Positions 29,400 to 42,900 of a stretch of 64,000 nucleotides of DNA are shown piece by piece. Made by a program: the position numbers and the translations under genes. Below the pieces are notes generated by a model. It was not told the DNA's origin, made no database searches, and saw only the letters and a program-made list of their open reading frames with translations. This stretch comes from an uncultured bacterium (GTDB lineage Bacteria > Omnitrophota > Omnitrophia > Omnitrophales > Aquincolibacteriaceae): the NCBI GenBank assembly GCA_964562525.1, contig CAZLTL010000008.1:27710-91709 (forward strand), in the 5' to 3' direction. Every line of letters begins with the position of its first letter. Within the stretch, counting starts at the first letter, position 1.

Positions 29400-29699
29400 C
29401 TATGTTTTCGCGCCTGAAGCAGCAGCAGCGGCTTTTTCACCGGAGCTACCATGGCCTTTGAACTTACGGGTCGGAGCAAATTCTCCAACGCGATGCCCTA
29501 CCATTTCTTCAGTGATAAAGAGACTCAAAAAATCTTTTCCGTTATGAATCGAAAGATTAGCACCAACAAAGTCAGCGGTAATTGTCGAACGACGCGACCA
29601 TGTTTTAATCGGCTTGCGATCTTTGGTTTGAACAGCTTTTTGAACTTTCATCAAAAGCTTCTCATCCACAAACACACCCTTTTTCGACGACCTGCTCAT
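29400..29699 (-). CDS. rpsS: 30S ribosomal protein S19
   Basis: [19 protein letters not shown]... C-terminal [18 protein letters not shown] tail. Confidence 0.95.
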   Translation of the reverse strand: MSRSSKKGVFVDEKLLMKVQKAVQTKDRKPIKTWSRRSTITADFVGANLSIHNGKDFLSLFITEEMVGHRVGEFAPTRKFKGHGSSGEKAAAAASGAKT

Positions 29700-29734
29700 A
29701 TTTTTTCCTTACCCACTCTTATTTTGTTTTTCTG

Positions 29735-29760
29735 CGGTTGTGCGCTTGGGCGCACAGAGC
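29735..29760 (+). repeat. Repeat copy 11: CGGTTG TGCGC TTGG GCGCA CAGAGC AAAATT
   Basis: rplB-rpsS spacer, starting 4 nt after the rplB stop. Confidence 0.6.
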
Positions 29761-29764
29761 AAAA

Positions 29765-30592
29765 TTATTTACGTCTATCCTTAACGATAAACTTGTTTGT
29801 AATCTTAGACTTCTTACGAGTCTTAAAACCCTTAGCTTTTTGACCCCAAGGACTCTTCGGATGCTCATTTGATTTCGACTTCGCTTCACCACCACCCATC
29901 GGATGGTCAACAGGGTTACGAACAATCGCGCGAGTAATCGGGCGACGACCCAACCAACGAGTTTTACCAGCCTTACCATAGACTAATTTTTCATGCTCAA
30001 GGTTAGAGCACTGGCCAATCGTCGCATAAGCATTTGCCGACACCAAACGAACTTCACCAGACGGCATCTTAATATGCACGTATTCGCCTTCTTTAGCCAA
30101 AATCTGGGCGGCAGCACCGGCGGCACGAACCAATTTTCCGCCGCAGCCAACACGCAATTCAATGTTATGAATGTTTGCGCCCTCAGGAATACGGCTCAAA
30201 GGAAGATGGTTTCCAACTTTGATCTCGGCATCCGGACCGCTTACAATTTTTTCGCCAACTTTCAAACCATCAGGGCAGATAACATAACGCTTTTCACCGT
30301 CTTCATACTGAACCAATGAAATACGGGTGCTGCGATTTGGATCATATTCCACAGTCAAAACAGTCGCAGGCACACCAAAACGATCGCGACGAAAATCAAC
30401 AAGACGAATACGACGCTTATGCCCGCCTCCGCGGCCACGTTTCGTGATGTGTCCGTGATTGTTACGGCCACCCGTTGAACTCTTGCTAATCGTCAACGAC
30501 TTCAGAGGACGGCTTGCTGTTAACTCAGCAAAATCCGCTACCTGCTTATAACGTCCTGACGGTGTAATCGGTCTAAATTTAATCAAGCCCAT
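29765..30592 (-). CDS. rplB: 50S ribosomal protein L2
   Basis: 275 aa, MGLIKFRPITPSGRYKQVADF... Confidence 0.95.
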   Translation of the reverse strand: MGLIKFRPITPSGRYKQVADFAELTASRPLKSLTISKSSTGGRNNHGHITKRGRGGGHKRRIRLVDFRRDRFGVPATVLTVEYDPNRSTRISLVQYEDGEKRYVICPDGLKVGEKIVSGPDAEIKVGNHLPLSRIPEGANIHNIELRVGCGGKLVRAAGAAAQILAKEGEYVHIKMPSGEVRLVSANAYATIGQCSNLEHEKLVYGKAGKTRWLGRRPITRAIVRNPVDHPMGGGEAKSKSNEHPKSPWGQKAKGFKTRKKSKITNKFIVKDRRK

Positions 30593-30611
30593 TTCGTATT
30601 CCCCTTATCGC

Positions 30612-30899
30612 TTACTTCGTAAAATCGATTTTCTCACCCTTTTTCAGAGTGACCGTTGCTTTTTTCCAGCTCGCCGTAAGGCCAGGCTGGGCACGCAGAC
30701 GACGCTGCTTGCCGTCGTAATTAATCGTATTAATCTTCGTGACATGAACATTGTAAAATTTTTCAACAGCCGACTTAATTTGCTTTTTATTGCTCGCGCG
30801 ATGAACCTTGAAAGCATATTTTGAAAACTTTTCAGATTCTCTGGAAGCTTTTTCAGTGACAACCGGCTCCAAAATCACATCATACATGTGCAGTTTCAT
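30612..30899 (-). CDS. rplW: 50S ribosomal protein L23
   Basis: 95 aa, MKLHMYDVILEPVVTEKAS... Confidence 0.95.
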   Translation of the reverse strand: MKLHMYDVILEPVVTEKASRESEKFSKYAFKVHRASNKKQIKSAVEKFYNVHVTKINTINYDGKQRRLRAQPGLTASWKKATVTLKKGEKIDFTK

Positions 30900-30902
30900 A
30901 AG

Positions 30903-31538
30903 TTACTTTTCTCCTACAATCCTTTGATCAATCACTGCAAGCGCTTCTTGATCGATCATCAAGCGGTCACGCTGCAAAACATCATATGCCGTAAAGTTAC
31001 GCGCTTCTTTCACTTCAATCCATTCACGCATATTACGGGAAGCGCGACGAATATTCTCGTCCGCTGTTTTCACCACGCAAAGAGCGCGACGACCATCAAG
31101 CGGCTGAGCCTTAACCAAATCAACCCACTCTTTTGTTTTAGGAGAATTCATTTTCACTTCTTCCAAAACAACCAATTTTTTATCCAAAGCCTTTGAGCTC
31201 AACGCAGAAGCCAACGCGGATAAACGCATAGACTGAGACAAATGCTGAGAATAATCACGTGTCAAAGGACCAAAAATCGTTCCGCCGCCCTTCCACAAAG
31301 GTGAACGGTTAGAACCTGCGCGAGCACGACCCGTTCCTTTTTGGCGCCATGGCTTCTTACCACCACCACTCACGTTGCCGCGAGTTTTTGTGTGCGCGGT
31401 TCCGCTGCGTAAATTTGCGGCATAACCATTGCGAATCAAATTCAACAAGCGCTGATTAACCCGAACTCCGAAAACTTTCGGATTCAAGACTACTTCGCTC
31501 TTTTTCTTTCCCTCTTTAGAGTAAAGGGGTGCCTTCAT
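30903..31538 (-). CDS. rplD: 50S ribosomal protein L4
   Basis: 211 aa, the L4 family. Confidence 0.95.
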   Translation of the reverse strand: MKAPLYSKEGKKKSEVVLNPKVFGVRVNQRLLNLIRNGYAANLRSGTAHTKTRGNVSGGGKKPWRQKGTGRARAGSNRSPLWKGGGTIFGPLTRDYSQHLSQSMRLSALASALSSKALDKKLVVLEEVKMNSPKTKEWVDLVKAQPLDGRRALCVVKTADENIRRASRNMREWIEVKEARNFTAYDVLQRDRLMIDQEALAVIDQRIVGEK

Positions 31539-31572
31539 ATTTTTGTCCTCTTAATTATTTCTTTTTGCAGCT

Positions 31573-32286
31573 TTATTTCGTTTCCGACCCAGCTGCTTCT
31601 TGAGCAGGAGAAGCACTAGCAGATTCTGATGAGTGAATCTTCCAAGACTTTGCTTTACCTTTTTTCAGTGAATTACGGATAACAACGTACGCGCCGTTAT
31701 GCCCCGGGATGCTCCCGCGCACAATTAAAACCCCCTGATTTTCATCAGAGTCAACGACATAGCAATTTGATTTCGTAACCGTGTCCGTACCCATATGTCC
31801 GGCCATCTTACGGCCGCGATAAGTACGTCCCGGAGTTGAGTTTTGTCCGGTTGATCCAGCTTCACGACCAAACTTAGAACCGTGAGCAGATTCACCACCC
31901 TTAAAACCATGCTTTTTAACAACGCCCTGAAAACCCTTACCTTTTGAAATGCCGGTAATATCGATAAAATCTCCGGACTCAAACTGCTTCACGGAAAGCT
32001 GCGCACCAAGTTTAAGACCCTCTGTTTTTTCAGAACGAATTTCACGCACAAATTGCAAAGCTTCTTCAACGCCGGCTTTCTTAAGATGACCAACGCGCGC
32101 TTTTCCAAGCTGCTTAGCCTTACCTTTACCGTAACCGAGCTGAACAGCCTGATAGCCGTCTTTTTCCTTAGTGCGGATAGCGGTGATATAACAAGGCGCA
32201 CAATCAAGAACCGTCACAGGAACCTGGCGGCCTTCTTCATCAAACACCTGAGTCATTCCAACTTTTTTTCCGAGTAAACCAATCAT
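31573..32286 (-). CDS. rplC: 50S ribosomal protein L3 (Ala/Ser-rich C-terminal extension)
   Basis: MIGLLGKKVGMTQVFDEEGRQVPVTVL... Confidence 0.95.
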   Translation of the reverse strand: MIGLLGKKVGMTQVFDEEGRQVPVTVLDCAPCYITAIRTKEKDGYQAVQLGYGKGKAKQLGKARVGHLKKAGVEEALQFVREIRSEKTEGLKLGAQLSVKQFESGDFIDITGISKGKGFQGVVKKHGFKGGESAHGSKFGREAGSTGQNSTPGRTYRGRKMAGHMGTDTVTKSNCYVVDSDENQGVLIVRGSIPGHNGAYVVIRNSLKKGKAKSWKIHSSESASASPAQEAAGSETK

Positions 32287-32318
32287 TTTCTTTTCCTTTG
32301 TTATTGATGCGTCTTAGT

Positions 32319-32350
32319 GTTTTGTTTCCACAAAACAGCGCAGAGCAAAA
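32319..32350 (+). repeat. Repeat copy 12 (partial: hairpin GTTTTGT ttcc ACAAAAC, then AGCG CAGAGC AAAAC)
   Basis: rpsJ-rplC spacer. Confidence 0.4.
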
Positions 32351-32359
32351 CTTAAACTG

Positions 32360-32674
32360 TTACAACTTAATCTGAACGTCAACGCCCGCCGGCAAGTCAA
32401 GCTTCATCAAAGCATCAACTGTGCGCGAAGTAGGCTCTTCCAACTCAATCAAACGCTTATGCGTGCGCACTTCGTACTGATCACGCGCTTTCTTATCGAT
32501 ATGAGGACCACGCAAAACAGTCGTCTTCCAAATATGCGTCGGCAAAGGAATCGGACCAACTACCTTAGCACCGGTGCGGCGAGCTGTTCCAACGATCTCA
32601 TGAACCGACTGGTCGAGCACGCGATGATCGTATGCCTGAAGCTTAATTCTGATTTTTTCTTTCACTTGGACCAT
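32360..32674 (-). CDS. rpsJ: 30S ribosomal protein S10
   Basis: 104 aa, [22 protein letters not shown]... Confidence 0.95.
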   Translation of the reverse strand: MVQVKEKIRIKLQAYDHRVLDQSVHEIVGTARRTGAKVVGPIPLPTHIWKTTVLRGPHIDKKARDQYEVRTHKRLIELEEPTSRTVDALMKLDLPAGVDVQIKL

Positions 32675-32738
32675 TTTTTGAAATCCCTTTTTATACTATC
32701 TCGCAGCTCGACATAATCGAGGGCCGCATTAATGACTG

Positions 32739-34820
32739 TTAAACTGTAATAATTTTCTCGGCAACGTTACGCGGAACTTCTTTATAACCCTGAGGCTCCA
32801 TAGTGTAAGTTGCGCGCCCCTGCGATAACGAACGAGATGCCATCGCATATCCAAACATTTCACTCAAAGGAACATGCCCTACAATCGCTTTGAGATTACC
32901 GCGATTACCCATTTCCTGAATTACACAACGGCGAGACTGAAGATCGCCCACGATATCGCCCATATATTCATCAGGCACACAAACCTCAACCTTCATCATC
33001 GGCTCAAGCAAAATCGGCTTAGCTTTTTTGAAAGCATCTTTAAATGCAAAAATACCGGCCATCTTAAATGCAATTTCTGAAGAGTCGACGTCGTGATAGC
33101 TACCATCCGTAACGGTTGCCTTAACATCCGTCACAGGATAACCAGCAAGAACACCGTTCGTGCAGGCTTCACGCACACCATCTTCAATCGCCGGGATAAA
33201 TTCACGAGGAATACGCCCACCAACAACTTTATTGACGAACTCAATACCCTTACCCGATTCAAGGGGCTCGATTTCAAGAAAGCAGTGCCCGTATTGACCG
33301 CGCCCACCGGACTGCTTGATAAATTTACCTTCAGCATCAGCTGAGCCGGTAATCGTTTCTTTATAAGCAACCTGAGGCTTACCCACATTCACTTCGACGT
33401 TATATTCACGCTTCATCACGTCAACTTTAATATCAAGATGCAATTCACCCATTCCACCAATCAAAGTCTGACCCGTTTCCATATCGGAACGAACGCGGAA
33501 AGTAGGATCTTCAGAAACAAGACGCCCCATAACATCCGACATACGATCACGATCAGCCTTTGTTTTAGGCTCGATTGACATCCAAACGACAGGCTCAGGG
33601 ATGAAAAGACTTTCGAGAATGACTGGATTGTTTTCGTCACAAATCGTATCGCCGGTTTTGGCTTCTTTGATACCGACCGCAGCAACGATATTACCAGCAC
33701 CCGCAGACTCAATTTCTTCACGTTTGTTGGCGTGCATCAAAACGAGACGACCAAGACGCTCTTTCTTACGGGTACGAGGATTATAAATGTAAGAACCACT
33801 TGTAAGCGTTCCGGAATAAATGCGGATATAAGTAAGCGAGCCTACGAATTTATCACTCGCAATTTTAAACGCGAAACATGCGAGAGGCTCATTGTCGCCA
33901 ACCTTGCGGATGATCACATTGTTTTCGTCGTTCGGATCTTTGCATTCAAGCGGTGGAACATCACACGGAGCAGGAAGATAATGCACAACCGCATCCAACA
34001 ATTGCTGAACACCCTTATTTTTCAAAGCGGATCCGCAAATGACAGGCTGAACTTTAATATCAATGGTTGCCTTGCGAATTGCACGGCGAAGTTCGTCTAC
34101 GCCGACTTCTTTACCTTCGATAAACTTATTCATTAATTCATCATCATGCTCAGAAAACTTTTCAACCATGTAATCACGCGCCTTCTTAGCGGCAGCCTGA
34201 TATTCAGCAGGAATCGGCTCAACAGTATATTTCTCGCCTTTATTTTCTTTTTCAAAAATGTTCGCCTTCATCTCAACCAAGTCAATCAAACCAATAAAAT
34301 TATCTTCAGCACCCATTGGAATCTGAATTGGAACGGCATTGGCACCCAATTGGTCGCGCATCTGCTGTACGTTCGGCTCAAAGGTAGCGCCGGTACGATC
34401 CATTTTATTAATAAAAGCGATACGAGGAACACGATAACGGTCGGCCTGGCGCCAAACGGTTTCAGATTGCGGCTCTACACCTTCAACCGCGCCGAACACA
34501 GCGACACAACCATCAAGAACTCGCATGGAACGCTCAACTTCGATTGTGAAATCAACGTGACCAGGAGTATCAATAATATTCAGACGGCAATCATTCCAGA
34601 AGCAGGTGGTTGCGGCAGATGTAATCGTAATACCGCGTTCTTGCTCCTGAACCATCCAGTCCATAACCGCGGTACCTTCATGAACTTCACCAATTTTATA
34701 GGTACGGCCCGTATAAAAAAGAATACGTTCCGTCGTCGTCGTTTTACCCGCGTCAATATGCGCGGCGATTCCGAAGTTTCTGATTTTTTCCAGCGGATAA
34801 TGCTTTTTATCGTCTGACAT
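32739..34820 (-). CDS. fusA: Elongation factor G
   Basis: 693 aa, [16 protein letters not shown]-domain. Sits directly between rpsG and rpsJ, with no tuf between. Confidence 0.97.
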   Translation of the reverse strand: MSDDKKHYPLEKIRNFGIAAHIDAGKTTTTERILFYTGRTYKIGEVHEGTAVMDWMVQEQERGITITSAATTCFWNDCRLNIIDTPGHVDFTIEVERSMRVLDGCVAVFGAVEGVEPQSETVWRQADRYRVPRIAFINKMDRTGATFEPNVQQMRDQLGANAVPIQIPMGAEDNFIGLIDLVEMKANIFEKENKGEKYTVEPIPAEYQAAAKKARDYMVEKFSEHDDELMNKFIEGKEVGVDELRRAIRKATIDIKVQPVICGSALKNKGVQQLLDAVVHYLPAPCDVPPLECKDPNDENNVIIRKVGDNEPLACFAFKIASDKFVGSLTYIRIYSGTLTSGSYIYNPRTRKKERLGRLVLMHANKREEIESAGAGNIVAAVGIKEAKTGDTICDENNPVILESLFIPEPVVWMSIEPKTKADRDRMSDVMGRLVSEDPTFRVRSDMETGQTLIGGMGELHLDIKVDVMKREYNVEVNVGKPQVAYKETITGSADAEGKFIKQSGGRGQYGHCFLEIEPLESGKGIEFVNKVVGGRIPREFIPAIEDGVREACTNGVLAGYPVTDVKATVTDGSYHDVDSSEIAFKMAGIFAFKDAFKKAKPILLEPMMKVEVCVPDEYMGDIVGDLQSRRCVIQEMGNRGNLKAIVGHVPLSEMFGYAMASRSLSQGRATYTMEPQGYKEVPRNVAEKIITV

Positions 34821-34896
34821 TTTGTTTACTTATTCTCTTATTTAAAAAATTAATATCTGATAAGACTCAACTTACCAGACCAAAAAAAAATCGTTC

Positions 34897-35364
34897 TTAC
34901 CAGCGATAGTGTGCAAAAGCGCGGTTCGACTCCGCCATCTTATGCATATCTTCGCGCTTCTTAATCGAAGAACCCGTCTTCTGATAACTATCCAAAATTT
35001 CCTGAGCCAGCTTGTGACTCATCGGCTTTCCTTTTCTGTCCGCGGCATATCCCTGCATCCAGCGCAAAGCCAAAGCAATACTGCGCGACTCTTCCACATT
35101 CACAGGAACCTGATAAGTCGCTCCGCCAACGCGCCGAGACTTCGTTTCCAAAAAAGGTCGGACATTCTCTACTGCCTGACGGAAAACTTCAAGAGGATTT
35201 TTGCCTGTTTTTTCTTTAACAATATCAAAGGCCTCATAGACGATTGATTCAGCAACCGGCTTCTTACCACCCTGCATAACCATATTGATCATTTTTGCTA
35301 CAATAAGATCGTTAAAGCGCGGATCTGGATCAATTGTACGTTTACCAGCTGTTCTTCTTCTCAT
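34897..35364 (-). CDS. rpsG: 30S ribosomal protein S7
   Basis: 155 aa, the S7 family. Confidence 0.95.
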   Translation of the reverse strand: MRRRTAGKRTIDPDPRFNDLIVAKMINMVMQGGKKPVAESIVYEAFDIVKEKTGKNPLEVFRQAVENVRPFLETKSRRVGGATYQVPVNVEESRSIALALRWMQGYAADRKGKPMSHKLAQEILDSYQKTGSSIKKREDMHKMAESNRAFAHYRW

Positions 35365-35430
35365 TTTCCTATCTCTTCCTTACTTTATTTGTTATCCGCG
35401 GTTACTCTTCGTTTAGAGCAAAATACCCTA

Positions 35431-35452
35431 CGGTTGGGCGTTAGCCCAGAGT
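35431..35452 (+). repeat. Repeat copy 13: ACGGTTG GGC GTTA GCC CAGAGT AAAT (adjacent remnant TTAGAGCAAAAT at 35411-35424)
   Basis: rpsL-rpsG spacer. Confidence 0.55.
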
Positions 35453-35461
35453 AAATGTTGT

Positions 35462-35860
35462 TTACTTGGCTGCAGCCTTCGAATCTTTTTTAGGAGTTTT
35501 AGCTCCATATTTGGATCTTGAGCAAGTACGTTTATCAACGCCCGCCGTATCAAGCTTACCGCGCACGATATGGTAACGAACACCCGGCAAATCTTTAACT
35601 TTTCCGCCGCGCACGAGAACAATCGAATGCTCCTGGAGGTTATGACCTTCCCCCGGAATATACGCGGTAACTTCCATGCCGTTTGTCAAACGAACACGCG
35701 CGATTTTACGCAACGCGGAGTTCGGCTTTTTCGGTGTCTGCGTTCTTACGAGCAAACAAACACCTTTACGAAACGGTGCCTTTTGCAGCGCCGGTGATTT
35801 CGTTTTGAAAACAACTGGTTTTCTACCTTTGCGAACAAGCTGATTAATCGTGGGTGCCAT
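35462..35860 (-). CDS. rpsL: 30S ribosomal protein S12
   Basis: [15 protein letters not shown]... Short Lys-rich C-terminal tail. Confidence 0.95.
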   Translation of the reverse strand: MAPTINQLVRKGRKPVVFKTKSPALQKAPFRKGVCLLVRTQTPKKPNSALRKIARVRLTNGMEVTAYIPGEGHNLQEHSIVLVRGGKVKDLPGVRYHIVRGKLDTAGVDKRTCSRSKYGAKTPKKDSKAAAK

Positions 35861-35880
35861 GAAATCTAATTTCTCCTTTA

Positions 35881-38800
35881 TTACTTAATCTCTTGCGCAG
35901 ACGCAGCTTCAGCACCGGAAAGTTCTTCTTTCTTGGCAAGCCCCGGCAATACGCCTGAAATATCTTTTTCAATTCTGAATGCTTGATGCGTCTTGAAACC
36001 CGTACCTGCGGGAATCAAATGACCCATAATCACATTCTCTTTCAGGCCGCGCAAATAATCGCGCTTCCCGGCCGCAGCAGCTTCCGTCAAAACACGCGTT
36101 GTTTCTTGGAAACTCGCCGCAGAAATAAAGCTCTCTGTCGTCAAAGAAGCCTTCGTGATACCAAGAAGAATCGGAGTTGCTTTTGCCGGCTCTTTACCCT
36201 TCTTGAGCATCTTTTCATTTTCTTCTTTAAACTGCTGACGCTCGATATGAGATCCAACAAGAAAATCCGTATCGCCGGAATCTTCTATGCGGACTTTGCG
36301 AAGCATCTGGCGAACAATAATTTCAACGTGCTTATCGTTCAGCTTAACACCCTGAAGACGGTAAACTTCCTGAACTTCTCTTACGAGATAATCCATCAAA
36401 GCGCGTTCTCCGGAAACCTTCAAGATATCCTGCGGAACAACCGGTCCGTCAACAAGCTGCTCACCCGCAACAACGCGGTCACCCGTGTAGACGTTCAAAT
36501 GTTTTCCGTGCGGAATCAAATATTCACAAGTCATTCCGGAAGGGCTCTTCACAACAATTTTACGCTTACCCTTAACCACGTCTCCGATTTCAACGATACC
36601 GTCGATTTCAGAAATAACCGAAGGATTCTTCGGTTTACGAGCTTCAAAAAGCTCAGCAACGCGGGGCAAACCACCTGTAATATCGCGAGTTTTTGCAACT
36701 TTACGCGGGGTTTTGGCAAGCATCATACCGCTTGTTAATTGTTGTCCGTCTTGCGCCACAATGTGAGCGCCTGTCGGAATCGGATAAAACGCTAATACGG
36801 CGTCATTCTCACCGACAATCAAAAGCTGCGGATGCAGATCTTCTTTGTGATCAATGATCACGCGGTCAATCAATCCGGTTGTCGCGTCCATTTCTTCGTT
36901 CATACTGACGCCGACTTTAATATCTTCGTACCGAACCTTACCGGCAACTTCAGTCAAAATAGGAACCGTATACGGATCCCACTTAACAAAGGTTTCACCC
37001 TTTTCAGTTTTTCCGCCGTCGCGAGGAGCAATAATAGCTCCCGAAGGAACTGTGTATCTCTCAAGTTCACGACCCGTATCATCATGAATCGTAATTTGAC
37101 CGTTACGATTCAAAACAACAACTTCTTTACCTTCCGTTACAACGGTTTTCAAGTTGTGATACTTCACGGTACCCGAATTGCGTGCACGGAAATAGGATTG
37201 CTCAACAACGCGTGACGCAGTACCACCGATATGGAAAGTACGCATGGTCAGCTGAGTTCCCGGTTCACCGATCGATTGTGCGGCAATAATGCCGGTCGCG
37301 GTTCCAAGCTCAACCAAACGGCGGTTGCCAAGATCGCGGCCGTAACATTTTGCGCAAATACCTTTTACAGATTCGCAGAAAAGCGGTGAACGGATGCGGA
37401 TCTTTTCAATTCCAAATTCATTGATTTTTTTCACAACGTCTTCATCAATCAATTGACCGGATTTCACAATAACCTGGTCAGTGATAATATCGACAACGTT
37501 GTCTAAAGCCACGCGGCCAAGAATACGCTCTCCGAGAGAAACGATTTCTTCTTCGCCTTCATAAACCGGCTCCATCACAATACCCTGCAAGGTTCCGCAA
37601 TCAATTTCGCTGATGATCACATCTTGCGCGACGTCGACGAGACGGCGAGTCAAATAACCCGCGTCCGCGGTTTTAAGCGCGGTATCCGCCAAACCTTTAC
37701 GCGCACCGTGAGTGGAAATAAAGTATTCCAAAACGGTTAAACCTTCGCGGAAGTTTGCGGTAATCGGACTTTCGATAATTTCACCGGACGGCTTCGCCAT
37801 CAATCCGCGCATACCCGCCAACTGACGAATCTGCTGTTTCGATCCGCGAGCACCGGAATCGGCCATCATGAAAATCGGATTAAAGTCTTCGAGTTCTTCA
37901 AACATCGTATCGGAAACACGATCCGTGATGTGAGTCCAAATATCGATAACTTTGTTGTATCGCTCACCTTCGGTGATGATACCTTGACGATACTGACTTT
38001 CAATCGACTTAACTTGCTTGCGGCCTTCATCCAAAAATTTAATTTTGGAAACCGGAATTTTTGCATCGTTGATACCGATGGAAATACCAGCAGCAGTCGC
38101 ATTTTCAAAACCAAGCTTTTTCAGACGATCAAGAAGCTGAATAACTTCATAGTGACCAAATTGGTTATAGCATTCGGCAATAATCTTACCGAGCTTTGCC
38201 TTAGTCATAACGTCATTCACAAAGCGAAAACCCTTCGGCAATTCTTTGTTAAAAAGAATACGTCCCAAGTGAGTTTCAACAAACTCGCCGGTTTCCAGAC
38301 GAAGCTTTACTTTGGCATGCTTATGAACTTGTCCGTCAGCAAAAGCAAAAGCAGCTTCTTCGGCTGTTCCAAAAACAAGCCCTTCGCCTTTAACACCCTG
38401 ACGCGCTTTGGTCAAATAATAGAGACCCAAAACGATATCTTGAGTCGGAGCCACAATGGGCTGACCGCTCGCGGGCGAAAAGATGTTATTTGCGGAAAGC
38501 ATCAAAATACGCGCTTCCATAATCGCTTCCATCGAAAGCGGTACGTGAACCGCCATCTGGTCACCGTCAAAGTCAGCGTTGAAAGCGGTACAAACGAGCG
38601 GATGAACGCGAATCGCTTTACCTTCAATCAAAACCGGTTCGAAAGCTTGAATACCAAGACGATGCAGCGTCGGAGCGCGGTTAAGCATAACCGGATGCTC
38701 TTGAATCACTTCATCGAGAATATCCCAAACTTCAGGACGCACGCGTTCAACGATTTTCTTCGCCGAACGAATCGTGTGAACATGACCACGGTCTTTTAAT

Positions 38801-39927
38801 TTGCGGATGATAAAAGGCTCAAAAAGTTCGAGAGCCATTTTCTTCGGCAAACCACATTGATGAATTTTAAGCTCAGGACCAACAACGATAACGGAACGAC
38901 CTGAGTAGTCAACGCGTTTACCAAGCAAATTCTGACGGAAACGGCCTTGCTTACCTTTAAGCATATCGCTCAAAGATTTCAACGGACGATTCCCGGGTCC
39001 AAGAACCGGACGACCATGACGACCGTTGTCAAAAAGCGCGTCTACAGCTTCCTGAAGCATGCGTTTTTCGTTGCGAATAATAACGTCAGGAGCTTTCAAG
39101 TCGAGAAGCTTCTTCAAACGGTTATTACGGTTAATCACACGGCGATAAAGATCGTTCAAATCAGAAGTCGCGAAGCGACCTCCATCCAACGCCACAAGCG
39201 GACGAAGATCGGGCGGAATCACCGGCACAACATTCAAAATCATCCAATCAGGCTTATTTCCGGATTTACGGAAAGCTTCGACGATTTTCAAAATTTTCAT
39301 GCCGCGAGCACGAGTCTGTTTGGATTTCGCGGTACGAACCTGACGCTGATACTTCACAGCCATTTTATCAAGCTCAAGACCGGCAAGAAGTTCCTGAACA
39401 GCGGCCGCGCCCATGCCGGCTTTAAAACTGTCAAAACCGTATTGCTCAACAGCCTTCTGATATTCATCTTCCGTCAAAAGCTGATGCGGCTTAAGCGGTG
39501 TTTCTTTCGGGTCAATCACGATAAATTCTTCATAATAAAGAACTTTTTCGAGAGAGCGAACGCTCAAATCAAGCAGGTTTCCGATGCGGGAGGGCATCGT
39601 TTTGAAAAACCAAATATGCGATACCGGAGTCACAAGATCAATGTGCCCCATACGCTCGCGGCGAACACGCGACAAAGTCACTTCAACGCCGCAACGATCA
39701 CAAATCACGCCCTTATACTTGATGCGCTTATATTTTCCGCAAGCACATTCATAGTCCTTGGTAGGCCCGAAGATCTTTTCACAGAAAAGACCATCCTTTT
39801 CGGGCTTAAGCGTACGATAGTTAATCGTTTCGGGCTTTCTTACTTCACCACGAGACCATCCGCGGACGATTTCAGGTGACGCAATCCGAATGCTGACTGA
39901 GTCGAAGGTGTTAATATCGTATGTCAT
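35881..39927 (-). CDS. rpoC: DNA-directed RNA polymerase subunit beta'
   Basis: 1348 aa with a zinc-binding CxxC...CxxC N-terminus and the NADFDGD active site. ATGA overlap with the rpoB stop. Confidence 0.97.
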   Translation of the reverse strand: MTYDINTFDSVSIRIASPEIVRGWSRGEVRKPETINYRTLKPEKDGLFCEKIFGPTKDYECACGKYKRIKYKGVICDRCGVEVTLSRVRRERMGHIDLVTPVSHIWFFKTMPSRIGNLLDLSVRSLEKVLYYEEFIVIDPKETPLKPHQLLTEDEYQKAVEQYGFDSFKAGMGAAAVQELLAGLELDKMAVKYQRQVRTAKSKQTRARGMKILKIVEAFRKSGNKPDWMILNVVPVIPPDLRPLVALDGGRFATSDLNDLYRRVINRNNRLKKLLDLKAPDVIIRNEKRMLQEAVDALFDNGRHGRPVLGPGNRPLKSLSDMLKGKQGRFRQNLLGKRVDYSGRSVIVVGPELKIHQCGLPKKMALELFEPFIIRKLKDRGHVHTIRSAKKIVERVRPEVWDILDEVIQEHPVMLNRAPTLHRLGIQAFEPVLIEGKAIRVHPLVCTAFNADFDGDQMAVHVPLSMEAIMEARILMLSANNIFSPASGQPIVAPTQDIVLGLYYLTKARQGVKGEGLVFGTAEEAAFAFADGQVHKHAKVKLRLETGEFVETHLGRILFNKELPKGFRFVNDVMTKAKLGKIIAECYNQFGHYEVIQLLDRLKKLGFENATAAGISIGINDAKIPVSKIKFLDEGRKQVKSIESQYRQGIITEGERYNKVIDIWTHITDRVSDTMFEELEDFNPIFMMADSGARGSKQQIRQLAGMRGLMAKPSGEIIESPITANFREGLTVLEYFISTHGARKGLADTALKTADAGYLTRRLVDVAQDVIISEIDCGTLQGIVMEPVYEGEEEIVSLGERILGRVALDNVVDIITDQVIVKSGQLIDEDVVKKINEFGIEKIRIRSPLFCESVKGICAKCYGRDLGNRRLVELGTATGIIAAQSIGEPGTQLTMRTFHIGGTASRVVEQSYFRARNSGTVKYHNLKTVVTEGKEVVVLNRNGQITIHDDTGRELERYTVPSGAIIAPRDGGKTEKGETFVKWDPYTVPILTEVAGKVRYEDIKVGVSMNEEMDATTGLIDRVIIDHKEDLHPQLLIVGENDAVLAFYPIPTGAHIVAQDGQQLTSGMMLAKTPRKVAKTRDITGGLPRVAELFEARKPKNPSVISEIDGIVEIGDVVKGKRKIVVKSPSGMTCEYLIPHGKHLNVYTGDRVVAGEQLVDGPVVPQDILKVSGERALMDYLVREVQEVYRLQGVKLNDKHVEIIVRQMLRKVRIEDSGDTDFLVGSHIERQQFKEENEKMLKKGKEPAKATPILLGITKASLTTESFISAASFQETTRVLTEAAAAGKRDYLRGLKENVIMGHLIPAGTGFKTHQAFRIEKDISGVLPGLAKKEELSGAEAASAQEIK

Positions 39928-42900
39928 ACTTTGAGCTTCTCCTTCGCGTCTTGCTGCTGCTTTTCTACCTGCGCGGCTTCTACTTCCTGAGCCAAGGCAA
40001 TGCCCAATTTGGCTTTTGCACCATTCTTCTCAGGAACAATATCAAGACCCAGCGCCTGCAATTCTTTCACAAGAACGTTGAACGATTCCGGCGTACCCGC
40101 ATGTAATGCAGGCTCACCCTTCACAATGGCTTCATAAACCTTGGTGCGACCCACAACGTCGTCTGACTTTACAGTCAAAAGTTCTTGCAGGGTAAATGCG
40201 GCACCATAAGCTTCAAGCGCCCAAACTTCCATTTCACCGAAACGCTGACCGCCGAATTGGGCTTTACCACCCAAAGGCTGTTGCGTTACAAGCGAATAAG
40301 GTCCGATTGAGCGGGCGTGGATCTTATCATCCGCCAAATGCGCCAACTTCAACATGTAGATTTGACCCACGGTGACTTTTTCATCAAAAGGCATACCGGT
40401 GCGTCCGTCATAAAGATCTGTCTTACCATTCTCAGGCAAGCCAGCCTCTTTCAACATCGACTTGATTTCACCTTCCGTTGCACCGCTGAATACCGGCGTC
40501 TCGATTTTGATACCGAGCACTTTAGCTGCCCAGCCCATATGCGTTTCGAGCAACTGCCCCACGTTCATACGTGAAGGAACACCAAGCGGATTCAAAACGA
40601 TTTCAACCGGCGAACCATCCGGCAAATACGGCATATCTTCTTCGGGAAGAATCTTCGCGATAACACCCTTGTTACCGTGACGACCGGCCATTTTGTCACC
40701 CACAGAGATTTTTCTCTTCGAGCAAACGTAAACAACCACTTTCTTAATTACACCCGGAGGAAGCTCGTCGCCTTTTTTCACGTGTTCAATTTCGCGAGTA
40801 CGTTCGATAACAAGCTCATCGATTTCATCGCTCCAAACACGCGCAAGTTTTTTCACGGACTCTTCGGCTTCTTCATCCGTTAAACGAAGAGAATCCCAAT
40901 CGGCGTTTTCAAACTTTTTCAAATCTGCTTTTGAAAGCGTATGTCCGGACTTCATCAAAACTTCGCCCAAAACATCATCAAGCAAATCATCCGCCAACTT
41001 GGTGCCAACCAAAAGGTCAGTCACTTTGCTCATGCGAATTTCTTTCAAAGAATCGATTCTCTGCTGATAGCGATCTTTGATTTCCGCGATATCGGAAGCT
41101 TCTTGCTTCTTCTCTTCGCGTGTTTTTGCCTGAGATTCTTTGCGGGCAAACATTTTTACATCAACAACAATTCCTTCCACACCGGGAGGAACGGTCAAAG
41201 ACGCGTCGCGAACATCGCCGGCTTTTTCGCCGAAAATAGCGCGCAAAAGCTTTTCTTCGGGAGAAAGTTCGATTTCAGACTTTGGAGTAATTTTGCCGAC
41301 GAGAATATCGCCCGGCTTCACTTCCGCGCCCACACGAACAACACCTTCCGCATCCAAATCTTTCAACGCTTCTTCGCCGACATTCGGAATATCGCGCGTA
41401 ATTTCTTCGTTGCCCAATTTGGTGTCGCGGGCTTCCACTTCAAATTCTTCGATATGAAGTGAAGTGTAAACATCTTCTTTACTAAGACGCTCACTCAAGA
41501 TGATAGCGTCTTCAAAGTTGTATCCACCCCATGACATAAAGGCCACCATCACGTTGCGGCCGAGCGCGAGCTCACCACCCTGAGTTGCGGCACCGTCAGC
41601 TAAAGGATCACCCTTCTTGATTTTGTCGCCTTTTTTAACAAGGGGACGCTGATTCAAGCAGGTTCCTGCGTTGGAGCGTTCAAATTTATTGAGCTTGTAG
41701 CTGATATCGTCAACGACGATTTCATCAGCGGAAACATACTTAACGGTTCCCTTTTGCTTTGCTACAACCACAGCACCGGAGTCGCAAGCGACATATTTTT
41801 CCATACCGGTTCCAACCAAGGGAGAATCCGTGATCAAAAGCGGAACGGCTTGGCGCTGCATGTTCGAACCCATCAAAGCGCGGTTCGCGTCGTCATGCTC
41901 AAGGAAAGGAATCAAAGAAGCGGCAACCGAAACGAGCTGTCTCGGCGAAACGTCCATATAGTCGATTTCTTCAGGCTTCTTTTTCAAGAAGTCACCGCGG
42001 CAGCGGCAAGAAACGATCTCATTATTGAACTTACCGTTCTTATCAATTTCTTCATTCGCCTGCGCAATAACATAACGATCTTCAACATCGGCTGTTAAAT
42101 AGTCGATCTTATCGGTAACGCGACCATTTTCAACTTTACGGTACGGCGTTTCCAAAAATCCAACTTCATTGACGCGCGCGAAAGTCGAAAGCGACGCGAT
42201 AAGACCGATGTTCGGACCTTCCGGCGTTTCAATAGGACATACGCGGCCATAATGAGAAGGATGAACGTCACGAACTTCAAAGCCTGCACGTTCACGGGAA
42301 AGACCGCCTGGCCCAAGTGCCGAAAGACGGCGCTTGTGAGTTAATTCCGCAAGCGGATTGGTCTGATCCATGAACTGAGAAAGCTGGCTGCGGCCGAAGA
42401 AATCCTTGATCGCGGCCGAAATCAATTTCGGATTGATCAGGTTATGCGGCATCGCGGCATCCAAATCATAAATCGACATACGCTCAACGCATGAACGCTT
42501 CATACGCGCCAAACCGACGCGGAACTGGTTCTGAAGCAATTCACCCACGGAACGCACACGGCGGTTACCAAGATGGTCAATATCATCCACACGAATTTCG
42601 CCTGAACGAAGCTTAAGCAATTGACCAAGAACCTTGATTACATCTTCGTAACCAAGAGTCGTCTTATCGGATTTGCCTTCCATATTCAATTTACGATTCA
42701 ACATGAAGCGACCTACATTACCGAGGTCATAGCGCTGCTGGTCGAAGAAAAGCTTATGAATCAAATCTTTCGCAGTCGATTCTGTCGGTGGATCACCGGG
42801 ACGAATACGGCGATAAATTGCAAGCTGCGCATCCGCGCTCGTCTGATAAGGATCGCGCTCAAGTGTATTCATAACGCAAAGATCATCATTCGGCATCTTT

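Noticed and set aside
34821-34896. Possible internal promoter or terminator in the AT-rich fusA-rpsG spacer (U9 run on the coding strand)
   Set aside because: The U-run is not preceded by a hairpin. Candidate -35/-10 hexamers have wrong spacing. I could not support either call from sequence alone.
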